Shown piece after piece: positions 52,345 through 64,000 of a stretch of DNA of 64,000 nt (the stretch's first letter is position 1; every line of letters starts with the position of its first letter). A program made the translations under genes and the position numbers. Below the pieces are notes generated by a model. It ran no database searches and was not told the origin of the DNA. It saw only the letters and a program-made list of their open reading frames with translations. Origin of the DNA: Eledone cirrhosa. Its lineage: Eukaryota. The stretch is taken from assembly GCA_964016885.1 (NCBI GenBank), contig OZ024740.1:109368001-109432000 (forward strand), given 5' to 3'.

Positions 52345-52491
52345 CATCTCATTTCTACAGCTGAGTAAACTGGAGCAATGTGAAATAAAGTATCTTGCTC
52401 AAGGAAACAACACATCACCCGGTCTGAGAATTGAACTCACAACCTTTCGATTGCAAGGCCAATGCTCTAGCCACTAAGCCATGTGCCTCCA
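52345..52491 (-). mobile_element. tRNA-derived CORE-type SINE, 5' part
   Basis: Reverse complement A box tggcttagtgg, B box gagttcaattc, CORE-like tccttgagcaagatactttatttcacattgctccagt. Confidence 0.8.
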
Positions 52492-53084
52492 TATTATTAA
52501 TATTTGGTTCGTTTGCAAGCAACACCATGTGTGTTTCCTAGACGACTGACATCATCATTATATTCCAGCGGTAGCAGAGAAAAAGCAGTCTAAAATTGTT
52601 TTGGAGTTATTGCTCCTTATCAAGACTCTGTATTCTCATGTCACTGCTACCTGCTAGAACTGTTAAGAATACATAGTATTCTCAAAAGTATACATCGGCT
52701 GATCAGCAATTTTATGGCTAGATTTGCCGAATATTAAAAACAAAATTTGTTTTCACTCTGACATGGCGAATACCTAAATCTATTCGTGAGTGAATAATAA
52801 TAATATTATTAATATTCAGTTCATTTGCAAGCAAACAGCCTGATAACTCCAGGTGAGAGTCAGTAAATAAAGTGCCAGTCTAGTGCTTGGGAGACTGACG
52901 GAATTGTTTAAGCATTAGGCAGGATGCCTTGCAGTATCTGTTTTAGCTCTCTGCATTGAATGTTCAAATCATGCTTCCTGTTATCAGAAAAAACTTCATT
53001 GCTGAAACTAACAGAAAACCCATGATGATCATGACTATTATTATAACTCACATACTCAGTAGGAGTCTGATAATGCAACATATA

Positions 53085-53330
53085 TGTATGTACCATAAAA
53101 GTGGTTGACAATTCCAGACATGTGTACCCTTAACATATTTTTCAGGGGAAATGGTGTGTGATAATGTTGGCTCTTTAAGTTACCGGTACAACTCATATTT
53201 TTCAAATGACAGACCTCCTTGAGCCGTATAAAATATCTCTTGCTCAAGGACACAATGCATTGCCAGGAATCAAATTCCCAATCTTACAGTCATGAGTGAA
53301 ACACACCAGCTACCAAGCCATATAGCTTCA
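53085..53330 (-). mobile_element. Diverged copy of the same CORE-type SINE
   Basis: tcttgctcaaggacacaatgcattgccaggaatcaaa...taccaagccat. Confidence 0.6.
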
Positions 53331-54239
53331 TAACATGTTAAATATGTCTTTGGAGAACCACCATTTCCACATTCGTTCCTTCTTTCCTTTTTATAATTTC
53401 CGATATTTGTAAATATTGGTTTCTTTAGTCCATTCCATTTAAAACCTGACGGAATAAAGAGAAAATTATAATTCAAAGTTAGTGAAGATAAATATATAAA
53501 CAGCTGTGGAAATAGAGATAAAAATAATATTAAAATGAAGAAAATTTCTCTGAATAACATCATTTCTGCTTTTTGTCAATTTTCCATTAAAGTGCTGACT
53601 TTATGGTATTTTCTCACATCATATTCATGACTACACTCACGCAACATCCTGTGATGTCGTTCATGCAATAGCTCTCTGTATTTCTGCACATTTAGGTTTA
53701 ATATGTTTGTATTTTTATTTTATTAATACTGTTTAATAGTGTTTATTGTATAAACAAAAACTATTTACACAATAGTCACCACAGCCCCATAAATGCCACT
53801 GATGACATTACATGAAACTGATGTTTACTATCCATGTGTGTTTCTACTGTTGTGTTGAATGAGTAAACAACAAAAGAGCTTCTACATGATGATTTCTATT
53901 AAAAAAACACCTTCCTTAACAGCAACCTTGAAAAAAAGATTTCTAAAAAACATCCACCTAAACCCCTAACCTCGCTCAAAAACATCTCCATTTAAAAAAG
54001 GTCTTCTTTAACATCCATCTAAGAAAAAAAAAATCAGTTAAAAAGACCCACTGTTAAAAAAAAGATTCACTTTAACCCCCATCCCCCACCCTGAAAATAT
54101 CCACCTTTAAAACAGCTCCATTAGAAAAAACATCCTTCCTTGAAAAACTATTTCCTCAGTGGAAAGAACCCAGGACCACATTATACAATGTGTCCTTTTT
54201 TTCTATCTAGTGCTTGTGCTGGCTGTAGAAACGCATCTA

Positions 54240-54425
54240 GTACACTCTGTAAATTGTTGCATGATATAAGGGGCATACAGCTGTGAAACCATGCCAAAAC
54301 TGGAACATGAGAGATGGAGCTCTCAGCCTGTTGGTAAGAGGGTAGTTACTGATTAAGTACTGACTTGGTGCATAATGACCTGTCTAACCCATATCAGCAT
54401 GGAAAAATGGACATTAAATGATGAG
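54240..54425 (+). mobile_element. Old RTE-type 3' tail
   Basis: aaggggcatacagctgtg...cctgtctaacccatatcagcatggaaaaatggacattaaatgatga. Confidence 0.65.
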
Positions 54426-54764
54426 GTGATTGATGGCAATTTAGTTGCTCTTTCTAGCATGTCATATGATCATATAGAAGCCAGGCTTCTTTGTTAGCTT
54501 TGGCTATTTTGGTGATGGAAGTCAGAATAAAGACATCGTTCCTATTTCTAATGGCATAGAAAAAGATCATCTGTAACCTATTTATTAACACCAACCATTT
54601 GCTACAGAAACTACTGCTCTGCTCTAATTTATCAGAAATACATCATATATGTATTATAAGTAACATTGGTGTACATTGGTAAGCTAGGAACATATTTTCC
54701 CACACGCAACAACACTTTACCTAATTAAGTTATGAGTATCCACCCAGATAAAATGTGGTTTATA

Positions 54765-54803
<39 letters not shown>

Positions 54804-54855
54804 ATGTAGGAAAGGCAGAAAATATCTAAGAACAGTTGTTTGCTATATACCAGGC

Positions 54856-55020
54856 AGGCATTGGCAACCTTTTTTTAGCAGTGGCCTGCATAGGTGTGGC
54901 TCATCATAAGGAAGGTGGGGTTGCACTATTAAAAATTCAAGACTATTTTAATATAAGGCATGCCATTCAGAAAGTCAAACAGGCTGCGTGTGGCTTGTTG
55001 GTTGCAGTTTCCGCATAACT
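54856..55020. mobile_element. Possible hAT-like MITE (degenerate)
   Basis: Left end caggcattggcaaccttttt; right end gcagtttccgcataactg only weakly complementary. Confidence 0.35.
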
Positions 55021-55117
55021 GCTTTAAAAATTGGGTAAAATACCCCTAGAGACCCCCCAAAAAGTGGCCAACAGCTTTTTTTCATCTCTTGGGGGTATTT
55101 TACCCAATTTTCTAAGC
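55021..55117. repeat. ~30-bp-arm inverted repeat (tiny MITE or hairpin)
   Basis: aaaattgggtaaaatacccctagaga / tctcttgggggtattttacccaatttt. Confidence 0.75.
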
Positions 55118-55161
55118 TATTATTTATAGTGATTCGTTACATTTCTTAAAACCATTTCATT

Positions 55162-55345
55162 TTGGCAGTATCGGTAGAGGGTCGGACACCATGCTTTCCA
55201 GCATAGTTACGTCCCTTTACGATCTGAGTTCAAATGCTGCCGAGGTTGACTTTGCCTTTCATCCTTACAGGTCGATAAAATAAAGTACCAGTAATGCACT
55301 GGGTAATTGCTGGCCTAGTGCCTAAAGTAGAAACAATTATTATAT
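55162..55345 (+). mobile_element. Meta-like tRNA SINE
   Basis: Highly similar to the unit at 5933-6115. Confidence 0.88.
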
Positions 55346-55923
55346 TTTCTATTGAAATACATTGCCTAATATTTCAAAATAATTTCGAAAATCAGCAAGA
55401 TTTGAAGGGATTTAGTAATAATTTTCTTATTAAACTGTTCCCTTTTTAAATTTTTTTATTTCTCTCTCTCATATATTTTGGTGCATTTATTTGTGAAGTT
55501 CCTGGCAATAGTTAATTGTATTTATTATAAGTGTTTATATTTGTGTTTATATTTTCATTCTGAAAAAATTGTGAGCTATTTGTAATAAAGGTCCTTACAT
55601 TTATTGCGAAAGGTTTTTTTTAAAAATAAATATAAACACTAAATATAAACATAATATAAACAGCTTTGTATCATAGAAGCGGGAGTAATTTCAGGTGATT
55701 TTGTATCGAATTAATTTTCTCTTGGTTTTAAAGGCGATGTTTATCAGACAATAGTTATTAATGTCACTAGGATAAATATGATTTATCTATGCCAGGAGAC
55801 ATACAAATATCTTTACTATTTAAACATTCTAGACAGTGTTTTTCATTAGAAATATGATATTGCAAGAGTTAAATCCTGCCATTTATTTTTCTGGTGATTT
55901 TTGTATCAAAGGGTTAAATATAT

Positions 55924-56288
55924 ATTTTTCTTCTTCTTTGCCCACTTAATCCTGGGAAGGGGGTCCTGTCAGAAGCAACAGTCTCCAATTGATCCAGCTG
56001 GATCCTCAAGCGAGACCAGCCAAGCTCATGGATGTTATCCAACCATCTTGCTCGTGGGTCTACCCCTAGGTCTCCTACCAGTTGGTTTTGCCCATAAAAT
56101 CTGTCCAGCAATTCTTTCCTGAAACATTCTAACCACATACCCATAGTATTGGAGCTGTGATCTCTCAATCCAGAGAAGTAACAGCTCTACATGGAGTGAC
56201 TCTCTGATCTCCGAGCTACACACTCTATCAAGTAATGTTACTCCCTGATCTCCGAGCTACACACTCTATCAAGTAATGTTACTCCCCC
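55924..56288 (-). mobile_element. 5'-truncated Rex3/Expander-like LINE
   Basis: SSEIRESLHVELLLLWIERSQLQYYGYVVRMFQERIAGQILWAKPTGRRPRGRP; (GAA)n tail. Confidence 0.85.
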
Positions 56289-56880
56289 TACCACAAATAT
56301 TCCCTTTTAAGGGAAATGTTTATCAGGCATAGAAATGATATCTTATTTAAAAGTCATAGGCAATGTCTTTCATGAGAAATATGATAATGAATGGGTTAAA
56401 TTTTGCTATTTATTTTTCTGGCATCTGAGCCTGATTACTGACAGGAAATCTATATTAAAAATATTTTCTAAAACACGTGAAAAGAAAAGATGTATGGCAA
56501 GTGTTGGGTTTAAAGTTTTAATTATTCACTCACTGATAGGAGTAAAGGTTGTGGATTGGTAAATAAATTAGGGGTGTCAGAAAATGCTTTGCAGTATTTG
56601 TTCCGGTTCTTTGCATTCTGAGTTCAAATTCTGCTCTGGTTGATTCTTCTCTTTCTCTCTGTCAAATTATTCCTCACTTTCTTTCTAGAAAAATAATTAG
56701 TTGTAGTCAACTTGCATCATGGAAAAATGAATGTAAAACTAATGATGATATTTTTATTTTTTTTCGAAGTATTTGTTTCTTGGTAGTTATGTGAGTTTGA
56801 TGGTTGTTCGAATTTATATATTTTTTATAAGAATTCTAGTAACGGCTTTTAAGCCAAATATTTTTATTGACATTAATCAT

Positions 56881-57088
56881 TTAACCCTTTAGCATTTACA
56901 TTACTCTATATATACTATGTATTTTCACGGTAAAATTATCATAATTATCTCACATAATATCGAATCTATAAGATTTTGATATTATTTTGAGAACAGTACC
57001 TTAACATCAGTATGAGTTTGCCAGTTACAGCCAGTTTGAACAGAAAGAGGCGAGAGAACTACGGCCAGTTGAAACGCTAAAGGGGTAA
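56881..57088 (+). mobile_element. piggyBac-like MITE, family 1
   Basis: TTAA-ccctttagcattta...acgctaaaggg-gtaa; colinear with 45298-45522. Confidence 0.8.
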
Positions 57089-57149
57089 ATTGTAAAACAG
57101 CAAAATCCGAGGAAACTAGTGATGTTCCATTTTCGGCAGCATATTGAAA

Positions 57150-57282
57150 TGTTAGATATCATATTTTGCAGTATTCATGCTGGCTTTCGGTGCTCTGAGT
57201 TCAAATCATGTTGGGGTCAACTTTGCCCTTCATCCTTTCAAGGTCGATAAATGAAGTACCAGTCTGCTACTGTGTTGACTTC
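57150..57282 (+). mobile_element. Diverged Meta-like SINE running into the CT array
   Basis: ctgagttcaaatc...ttgcccttcatcctttcaaggtcgataaatgaagtaccag. Confidence 0.7.
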
Positions 57283-59235
57283 TCTTTCTCTCCTTTTTTC
57301 TCTTTTTGTCTCTCCCACTTTTCTCTCTTTGTCTCTCCCCTCTCTCTCTTTGTCTCTCCCCTCTCTCTCTTTGTCTCTCCCCTCTCTCTCTTTGTCTCTC
57401 CCACTTCTCTCTGTCTTTGTCTCTCCCACTTTCTCTCTCTCTTTGTCTCCCACTTTCTCTCTCTCTTTGTCTCTCCCACTTTCTCTCCCACTTTCTCTCT
57501 CTCTTTGTCTCTCCCACTTTCTCTCTCTCTTTGTCTCTCCCACTTTCTCTCTCTCTTTGTCTCTCACACTTTCTCTCTCTCTTTGTCTCACACTTTCTCT
57601 CTCTCTTTGTCTCTCACACTTTCTCTCTCTCTTTGTCTCTCACACTTTCTCTCTCTCTTTGTCTCTCACACTTTCTCTCTCTCTTTGTCTCTCACACTTT
57701 CTCTCTCTCTTTGTCTCTCTGTCTCTCCCACTTTCTCTCCCACTTTCTCTCCCACTTTCTCTCCCACTTTATCTCTCTCTTTGTCTCTCTCTTTGTCTCT
57801 CCCACATCCATCTCTCTTTGTCTCTCCCACTTCTCTCTGTCTTTGTCTCTCCCACTTTCTCTCTCTCTTTGTCTCTCCCACTTTCTCTCTCTCTTTGTCT
57901 CTCCCACTTTGTCTCTCCCAATTTCTCTCTCTTTGTCTCTCCCACTTTCTCTGTGTCTCCCACTTTCTCTCTCTGTCTCTCCCACTTTCTCTGTCTCTCC
58001 CACTTTCTCTGTCTCTCCCACTTTCTCTCTCTCTCCCACTTTCTCTCCCACTTTCTCTGTCTCTCTGTCTCTCCCACTTTCTCTGTCTCTTTGTCTCTTC
58101 CACTTTCTCTCTCTCTTTGTCTCTTCCACTTTCTCTCTCTCTTTGTCTCTTCCACTTTCTCTCTCTCTTTGTCTCTTCCACTTTCTCTCTCTCTTTGTCT
58201 CTTCCACTTTCTCTCTCTCTTTGTCTCTTCCACTTTCTCTCTCTCTTTGTCTCTTCCACTTTCTCTCTTTGTCTCTTCCACTTTCTCTCTCTCTTTGTCT
58301 CTTCCACTTTCTCTCTCTCTTTGTCTCTCCCACTTTCTCTCTCTCCCACTTTCTCTCTCTCTGTCTCTCCCACTTTCTCTCTCTGTCTATCCCACTTTCT
58401 CTCTCTTTGTCTCTCCCACTTTCTTTCTCTCTTTGTCTCTTCCACTTTCTTTCTCTCTTTGTCTCTTCCACTTTCTTTCTCTCTTTGTCTCTTCCACTTT
58501 CTTTCTCTCTTTGTCTCTTCCACTTTCTCTCTCTCTTTGTCTCTTCCACTTTCTCTCTTTGTCTCTCCCACTTTCTCTCTTTGTCTCTCCCACTTTCTCT
58601 CTCTGTCTCTCCCACTTTCTCTCTCTCTTTCTCTCCCACTTTCTCTCCCACTTTCTCTCTCTTTGTCTCTCCCACTTTCTCTCTCTTTGTCTTTCCCACT
58701 TTCTCTCTCTTTGTCTTTCTCTCTTTCTCTCTTTCTCTCTCTCTCCCTTTCTCTCTTTCTCTCTTTGCCTCTCTCTCTTTCTCTTTCTCTCCCTTTCTCT
58801 TTCTCTCCCTTTCTCTTTCTCTCTTTGCCTTTCTCTTTCTCTCTTTGCCTTTCTCTTTCTCTCTTTGCCTCTCTCCCTTTCTGTCTTTGTCTCTCTCCCT
58901 TTCTGTCTTTGTCTCTCCCCCTTTCTCTCTTTGTCTCTCCCCCTTTCTGTCTCTCTCCCTTGCTCTTCATCCCCCTTTCTCTCTCTCCCCCTTGCTCTTC
59001 ATCCCCCTTTCTCTCTCTCCCCTTTACCCCGTCTCCCCCTCTCTCCCCCCTTTTATCTCCCCCTTCCCCCCTTTTATCTTCCCCTTCCCCCTTTCTCTCT
59101 CTCTCTCTGTCTCTCCCCTTTCTCTCTCTGTCTCTCCCCCTTTCTCTCTGTCTCTCCCCCTTTCTCTCTCTGTCTCTCACCCTTTCTCTCTCTGTCTCTC
59201 ACCCTTTCTCTCTCTCTCTCCCTTTCTTTCTCTCT
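57283..59235. repeat. ~2-kb polypyrimidine minisatellite (TTTGTCTCTCCCACTTTCTCTCTCTC-like, 22-26 bp)
   Basis: Direct inspection; explains the SL-rich and ER-rich ORFs. Confidence 0.95.
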
Positions 59236-59749
59236 GGAAGAAATCAGCTGTGAGATCTGTGGAGGGAAGGGCCAAGATACACCTTATATTATGAAAACAC
59301 CCCCACAAGCCCATCAAGAGTTTAAGGTCCCATGAAATACAACTAACAAAACACTGAAATAAGTTTTCATCATCGTTTAACAGCCACTTTCCACACTATA
59401 CTGATAAACTATTGTTGATTGACAAGTAAAAAAAACAAAAAGACTGTCAAATATAAGACAGTGATTTTGGTAAAGGTTTCTGTTTAGAAGGGGTGGGTAT
59501 TTGAAGTGAAGGGCATTAACATATCCACACAAGTAATTTGGGGTGAATTAGTCTTAGTTGTGACAATCCTTTATAATTTGGTGTAAATTAGTCTTAGTTG
59601 CGGCTGTCCTTATAATTAAAGGGTCAGTTTTCAGGGGAATATAAAAAGAAGTGACCTTTATATTTCTTAGGGTTTCATTTTTCTTCCCCCTCAGCTCTGG
59701 ATATTATTGTTGAAGGGTTTTCTTTCTGTTTAAGACATCTGCTGCAGCC

Positions 59750-61567
59750 ACCATAGTTACTATTGCTATCACTACTACTACCACCATCTCTACTACTGTT
59801 ACCATTACTACCATTAGTAGTACTAATACCACTGACACTATCACAGCCACTACCATTATTACTGCCATTAACATTAGTGCTACTACTACTATTACTACCA
59901 CTACTATTACTACCACTACAGCTACCATTATCACTATGTCTACCCTACATTTACTACTACCACCATTATCACTACTACCACTTCTACCATCACCAACATA
60001 ACTAAACATCACCATCACCACCACCATCACCACCACCATTATCAAGTCTTTCATCACAACCATCAATCATCATCATCATCAGCAACATCTGTCATGATCC
60101 TTATAATCATCATCACAAACAACAGCAATAAAGACATCCTCAAGAACAACAACAACAGCAAGGACATAAGTAAAACATCAGTAAAATACCAGCACAACAG
60201 CCTCCCCACCCCTGAAGTGAGGGTGGGGGCGTAATTGAAAGAAGAGTACATGTGGTGGAGTCAAGGTGGTAAAAGGAGTGGAGGAGTGTGGCAACATCAG
60301 TCACCATCATCACCATCATTGCTATCATCACCATTGCTATCATCACTATCATTGCTATCATCATCATCATCATCACTCCCCTTGTTATAATTCACCATCA
60401 ATCAACATTTTAGCAAGCAATCCCCTACCATCATCACCACCATTGTCAGCATCACCAGCACCACCATTGTCACCATCACCAGCACCACCATTGTCACCAT
60501 CACCAGCACCACCATTGTCACCATCACCAGCACCACCATTGTCACCAGCACCAGCACCACCATTGTCAGCATCACCAGCACCACCATTGTCACTATCACC
60601 ATTGTCACCATCATCACCACCATCATCACTACCATCACCAACACTATTGTCACCACCACCATTGTCACCACCACCATTGTCACCACCACCATTGTCACCA
60701 CCACCATTGTCACCACCACCATTGTCACCACTACCACCACCATCACCACTACCATCACCATCACCACCACCATCACCACTACCATCACCATCACCACCAC
60801 CATTGTCATCACCACTACCATCACCACTACCACCACCATCACCACTACCACCACCATCACCACTACCACCACCATCACCACTACCACCACCATCACCACT
60901 ACCATCACCATCACCACTACCACCACCATCACCACTACCACCACCATCACCACTACCATCACCATCACCACTACCATCACCATCACCACTACCACCACCA
61001 TCACCACTACCATCACCATCACCACTACCATCACCATCACCACTACCATCACCATCACCACTACCATCACCATCACCACTACCATCACCATCACCACTAC
61101 CATCACCATCACCACTACCATCACCATCACCACTACCATCACCACTACCATCACCATCACCACTACCATCACCATCACCACTACCATCACCACTACCATC
61201 ACCATCACCACTACCATCACCATCACCATCACCACTACCATCACCATCACCACTACCATCACCATCACCACTACCATCACCATCACCACTACCATCACCA
61301 TCACCACTACCATCACCATCACCACCACCATTGTCATCACCACTACCACCACCATCACCACCACCATCACCACCACCACCACCACTACCACCACCATCAC
61401 CACCACCACCACCATCACCACCACCATCACCACCATCACCACCACCACCATCACCACCATCACCATCACCACCACCACCATCACCACCACCACCACCACC
61501 ACCGCCATCACCATCGCCGCCGCCATCGCCACCGCCATCACCACCGCCACCACCACCACCACCACCA
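59750..61567. repeat. (CAC/CAT/TAC)n triplet arrays with 15-24 bp sub-periods
   Basis: Degenerate at 59750-60380, regular at 60425-61567. Confidence 0.93.
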
Positions 61568-63030
61568 TGCCCTTCCTAACACCAACCACATTTACAGTGT
61601 GGGGCTGGGAGGTTTTTACCGTGTTGCCTACACGGCCACATTACAGCGTGGACTGTGTTTTTTTGTTGTGACACCTACACGATCTCATTTGTTTCGGCCT
61701 GGATGTTGTGGCACCAACATAACTTTGCATTGAAGGGGGCGGTGTGGATGGGGTGGGATGGGGGTGTATTTTGTTAGAGATGCCTACTGTCTGTAGTAGG
61801 TTTTACTTTGTATTTAGTCAAGGCGGGTCTTCTCTATTACTGAGTACCACCAAAGGTCTCGGTCCAGTGACATTGTCTTGGAGAGGTGTAAGTGTGTGAG
61901 GTCGGAATTTATCAGCTCGTCCCAGGTTTTCCTGGGTCTGCCTACTCCGTGGCTACCATCTATCTTTATTGCCCTGCACTTTGTTATACAGCTGTCGTCT
62001 TTCATGCGCATCACGTGACCATACCAATGTAGCCTTCTCTCGAGTAAACAACATCTGATCCCTCTTATTTCTAATTTTTTCCTTAGTTCACGTATATTAC
62101 TATTACACATCCAGCGGAGCATGCAAGCTTCATTCCTCTCTAGTCTGCGTATATCCTCTGCACACAATGCCCAGGTCTCACTGCCATGCAACATTGCTGT
62201 TCGTATGCAGGCATCGTACAACCTGCCTTTCATTTTTAGGGAGAACCCTTTAGCGGCTAATAGTGGTATAAGCTCTCTGAACTTTTTCCATCCAGTTCTG
62301 ACTCTAGCTACTGTACTTTCAGAGCACCCTCCCCCACTGCTGATTTTGTCACCCAGGTAACGGAAGCTGTCCACTATTTCTATAGAACCCTCTGCGCAAT
62401 TGAAAGAGTTAGTATTTTGTGGGCACTTGCTGCTACTTATTGCACCAGAGCACCGGCCACATGTAAAATCTGTGTTCTTAGTTAGCTTACCTGTGATCCC
62501 ACTACATCTTTTATGCACCCATACTTCCATTTGGGACATAAAATGGAGTTTCTACCTACGCCTTTCCTACACACTGAGCATGGCCATTTCCCGGAGGGGA
62601 CTGGCGCCTTATTTTCTTTCCTACAAACTAGAACTTTAGTCTTAGCCAGGTTAATTTTAAGGCCTTTTGATTCTAGGCCATGCTTCCATGTTTGGAATTT
62701 CTTCTCTAGCTCGGCCATTGATTCAGCTATGAGCGTTAGATCATCTGCGTATAGGAGTTCCCATGGGAAGCCGGTCTTGAACTCCTCTGTTATAGCCTGA
62801 AGGGCAATAATAAATAGTAGGGGGGCTAAGAACAGAGCCCTGATGGACACCAACTTTTACACTAAACTCTTCACTATATTCGTTGTTAATTCTAACCTTG
62901 CTGACTGTTTCTTTATACATGGCTTGTATGGCTCTCGCAAGCCATTCGTCAACACCTAGTTTTCTAAGAGCCCACCAGATAATGGAACGGGGGACTCTGT
63001 CGAAGGCTTTCTCCAAGTCGACAAAAGCTA
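61567..63030 (-). mobile_element. 5'-truncated RTE LINE closely related to 27095-28570
   Basis: AFVDLEKAFDRVP..GVHQG..YADD..PHD (WVHKRC)..FRYLG..GSETW..GRPRKTW; frameshifts; extreme 3' end missing. Confidence 0.93.
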
Positions 63031-63334
63031 TATGTGTATATGTGTATATATGTGTGTATATGTGTATATATGTGTGTATATGTGTGTATATGTGTGTATA
63101 TGTGTGTATATGTGTGTATATGTGTATATATGTGTGTATATTTGTGTATATGCGTATATATGTGTGTATATATATATGTTTATGTGTGTATGTGTATATG
63201 TATGTGTATGTGTATATATATATATATGTATGTGTGTATGTGTATATATATATATATGTATGTGTGTATGTGTATATATATATATGTGTGTATATATATA
63301 TGTGTGTGTGTGTGTGTGTACATATATATGTATG
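63031..63334. repeat. (TGTGTGTATA)n / mixed TG-TA microsatellite
   Basis: Direct inspection. Confidence 0.95.
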
Positions 63335-63405
63335 AAGAGATGCTGTGCTGAATAGGACCCGTCCCAACCTTGCAAGTAGGGAAAAGCGGACATAAAATGA
63401 TGATG
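63335..63405 (+). mobile_element. Short-UTR RTE tail
   Basis: gctgtgctgaataggacccgtccc..cttgcaag..gggaaaagcggac.taaaatgatgatg. Confidence 0.75.
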
Positions 63406-63411
63406 CGTGTG

Positions 63412-63445
<34 letters not shown>

Positions 63446-63527
63446 CTCTGGCATACACTGAGGGACACAGGCGTACACACATATATGTATCATCATTATT
63501 TTATGTCTGGTGGATATCATTTTAAGG

Positions 63528-63702
63528 GCAGTGGATTGGCAGTATCGGTAGAGGGTCGGACGCCATGCTTTCCAGCATAGTTACGTCCCTTTACGATCCG
63601 AGTTCAAATACCGCCGAGGTTGACACGGGGTCGATAAAATAAAGTACCAGTAATGCAGTGGGTAATTGCTGGCCTTGTGCCTAAAGTAGAAACAATTATT
63701 TT
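63528..63702 (+). mobile_element. Meta-like SINE with internal deletion
   Basis: Matches 55162-55345 but lacks tttgcctttcatcctt. Confidence 0.85.
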
Positions 63703-63778
63703 ATGTCTGGTGTCCATGCTGGGTTAGATAGGGTATCACAATCCAAGAGAAGGTATTGTCAGATATCAATGTCTTGCT

Positions 63779-64000
63779 CATCATCGTTTAACGTCTATCT
63801 TCCACGCTTGCATGGGTTTAGACGGGAATTGTCCCACTTGAGGCAAGAGTGATTGTCTTGATTGCATAGGACTGTCTGGCAGGTTTTCTATGGCTGGATG
63901 CCCTTCCTAACACCAACCACGTTTACAGTATGGACTGGGAGGTTTTTACCATGTTACCTACACGGCCACATTACAGCGTGGACCGTGTGTGTTTTTTTGT
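63779..64000 (-). mobile_element. RTE 3' end running off the window
   Basis: Reverse complement aligns to 28465-28685. Confidence 0.9.

Noticed and set aside
52415-52491. tRNA gene
   Set aside because: A/B boxes are present but the acceptor stem does not close and a SINE body follows
53795-53835. CTGATGA..GAAAC hammerhead-like motif
   Set aside because: Stem II and stem I do not pair convincingly; at most a decayed remnant
57208-59335. 500-690 aa SL-rich and ER-rich ORFs
   Set aside because: Same polypyrimidine repeat artefact
60266-61589. Extensin-like Pro/Ser ORF and antisense Val/Met ORF
   Set aside because: Triplet microsatellite; terminates inside a LINE UTR

Overview
Repeat-saturated animal DNA with no recognisable host gene; the long ORFs in the track are either simple-repeat artefacts or broken transposon ORFs. 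The SINE and LINE families resemble those I recall from octopus, so a coleoid cephalopod origin is inferred, not proven. Content: (i) many RTE-clade LINE copies, including one near-full-length decayed copy (24815-28686: AP endonuclease, RT, a PHD finger inside the RT, structured 3' UTR, (GAT)n tail); (ii) a Rex3/Expander-like RTE family, including a 5'-inverted copy bounded by a 9-bp TSD; (iii) Penelope-like remnants with hammerhead ribozymes and inverted-arm mini-insertions in (TA)n; (iv) tRNA-derived SINEs, some in tandem arrays; (v) mariner relics and MITEs; (vi) large satellites (12-kb pentamer array, 5.6-kb 19-bp variant array, several minisatellites). Best candidate for an undescribed system: an RTE retrotransposon that combines an RT-embedded PHD finger, a variable number of covarying hairpin+pseudoknot modules in a non-poly(A) 3' UTR, and an apparent association with (TA)n. 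Boundaries were read by eye and are approximate unless motif coordinates are quoted.
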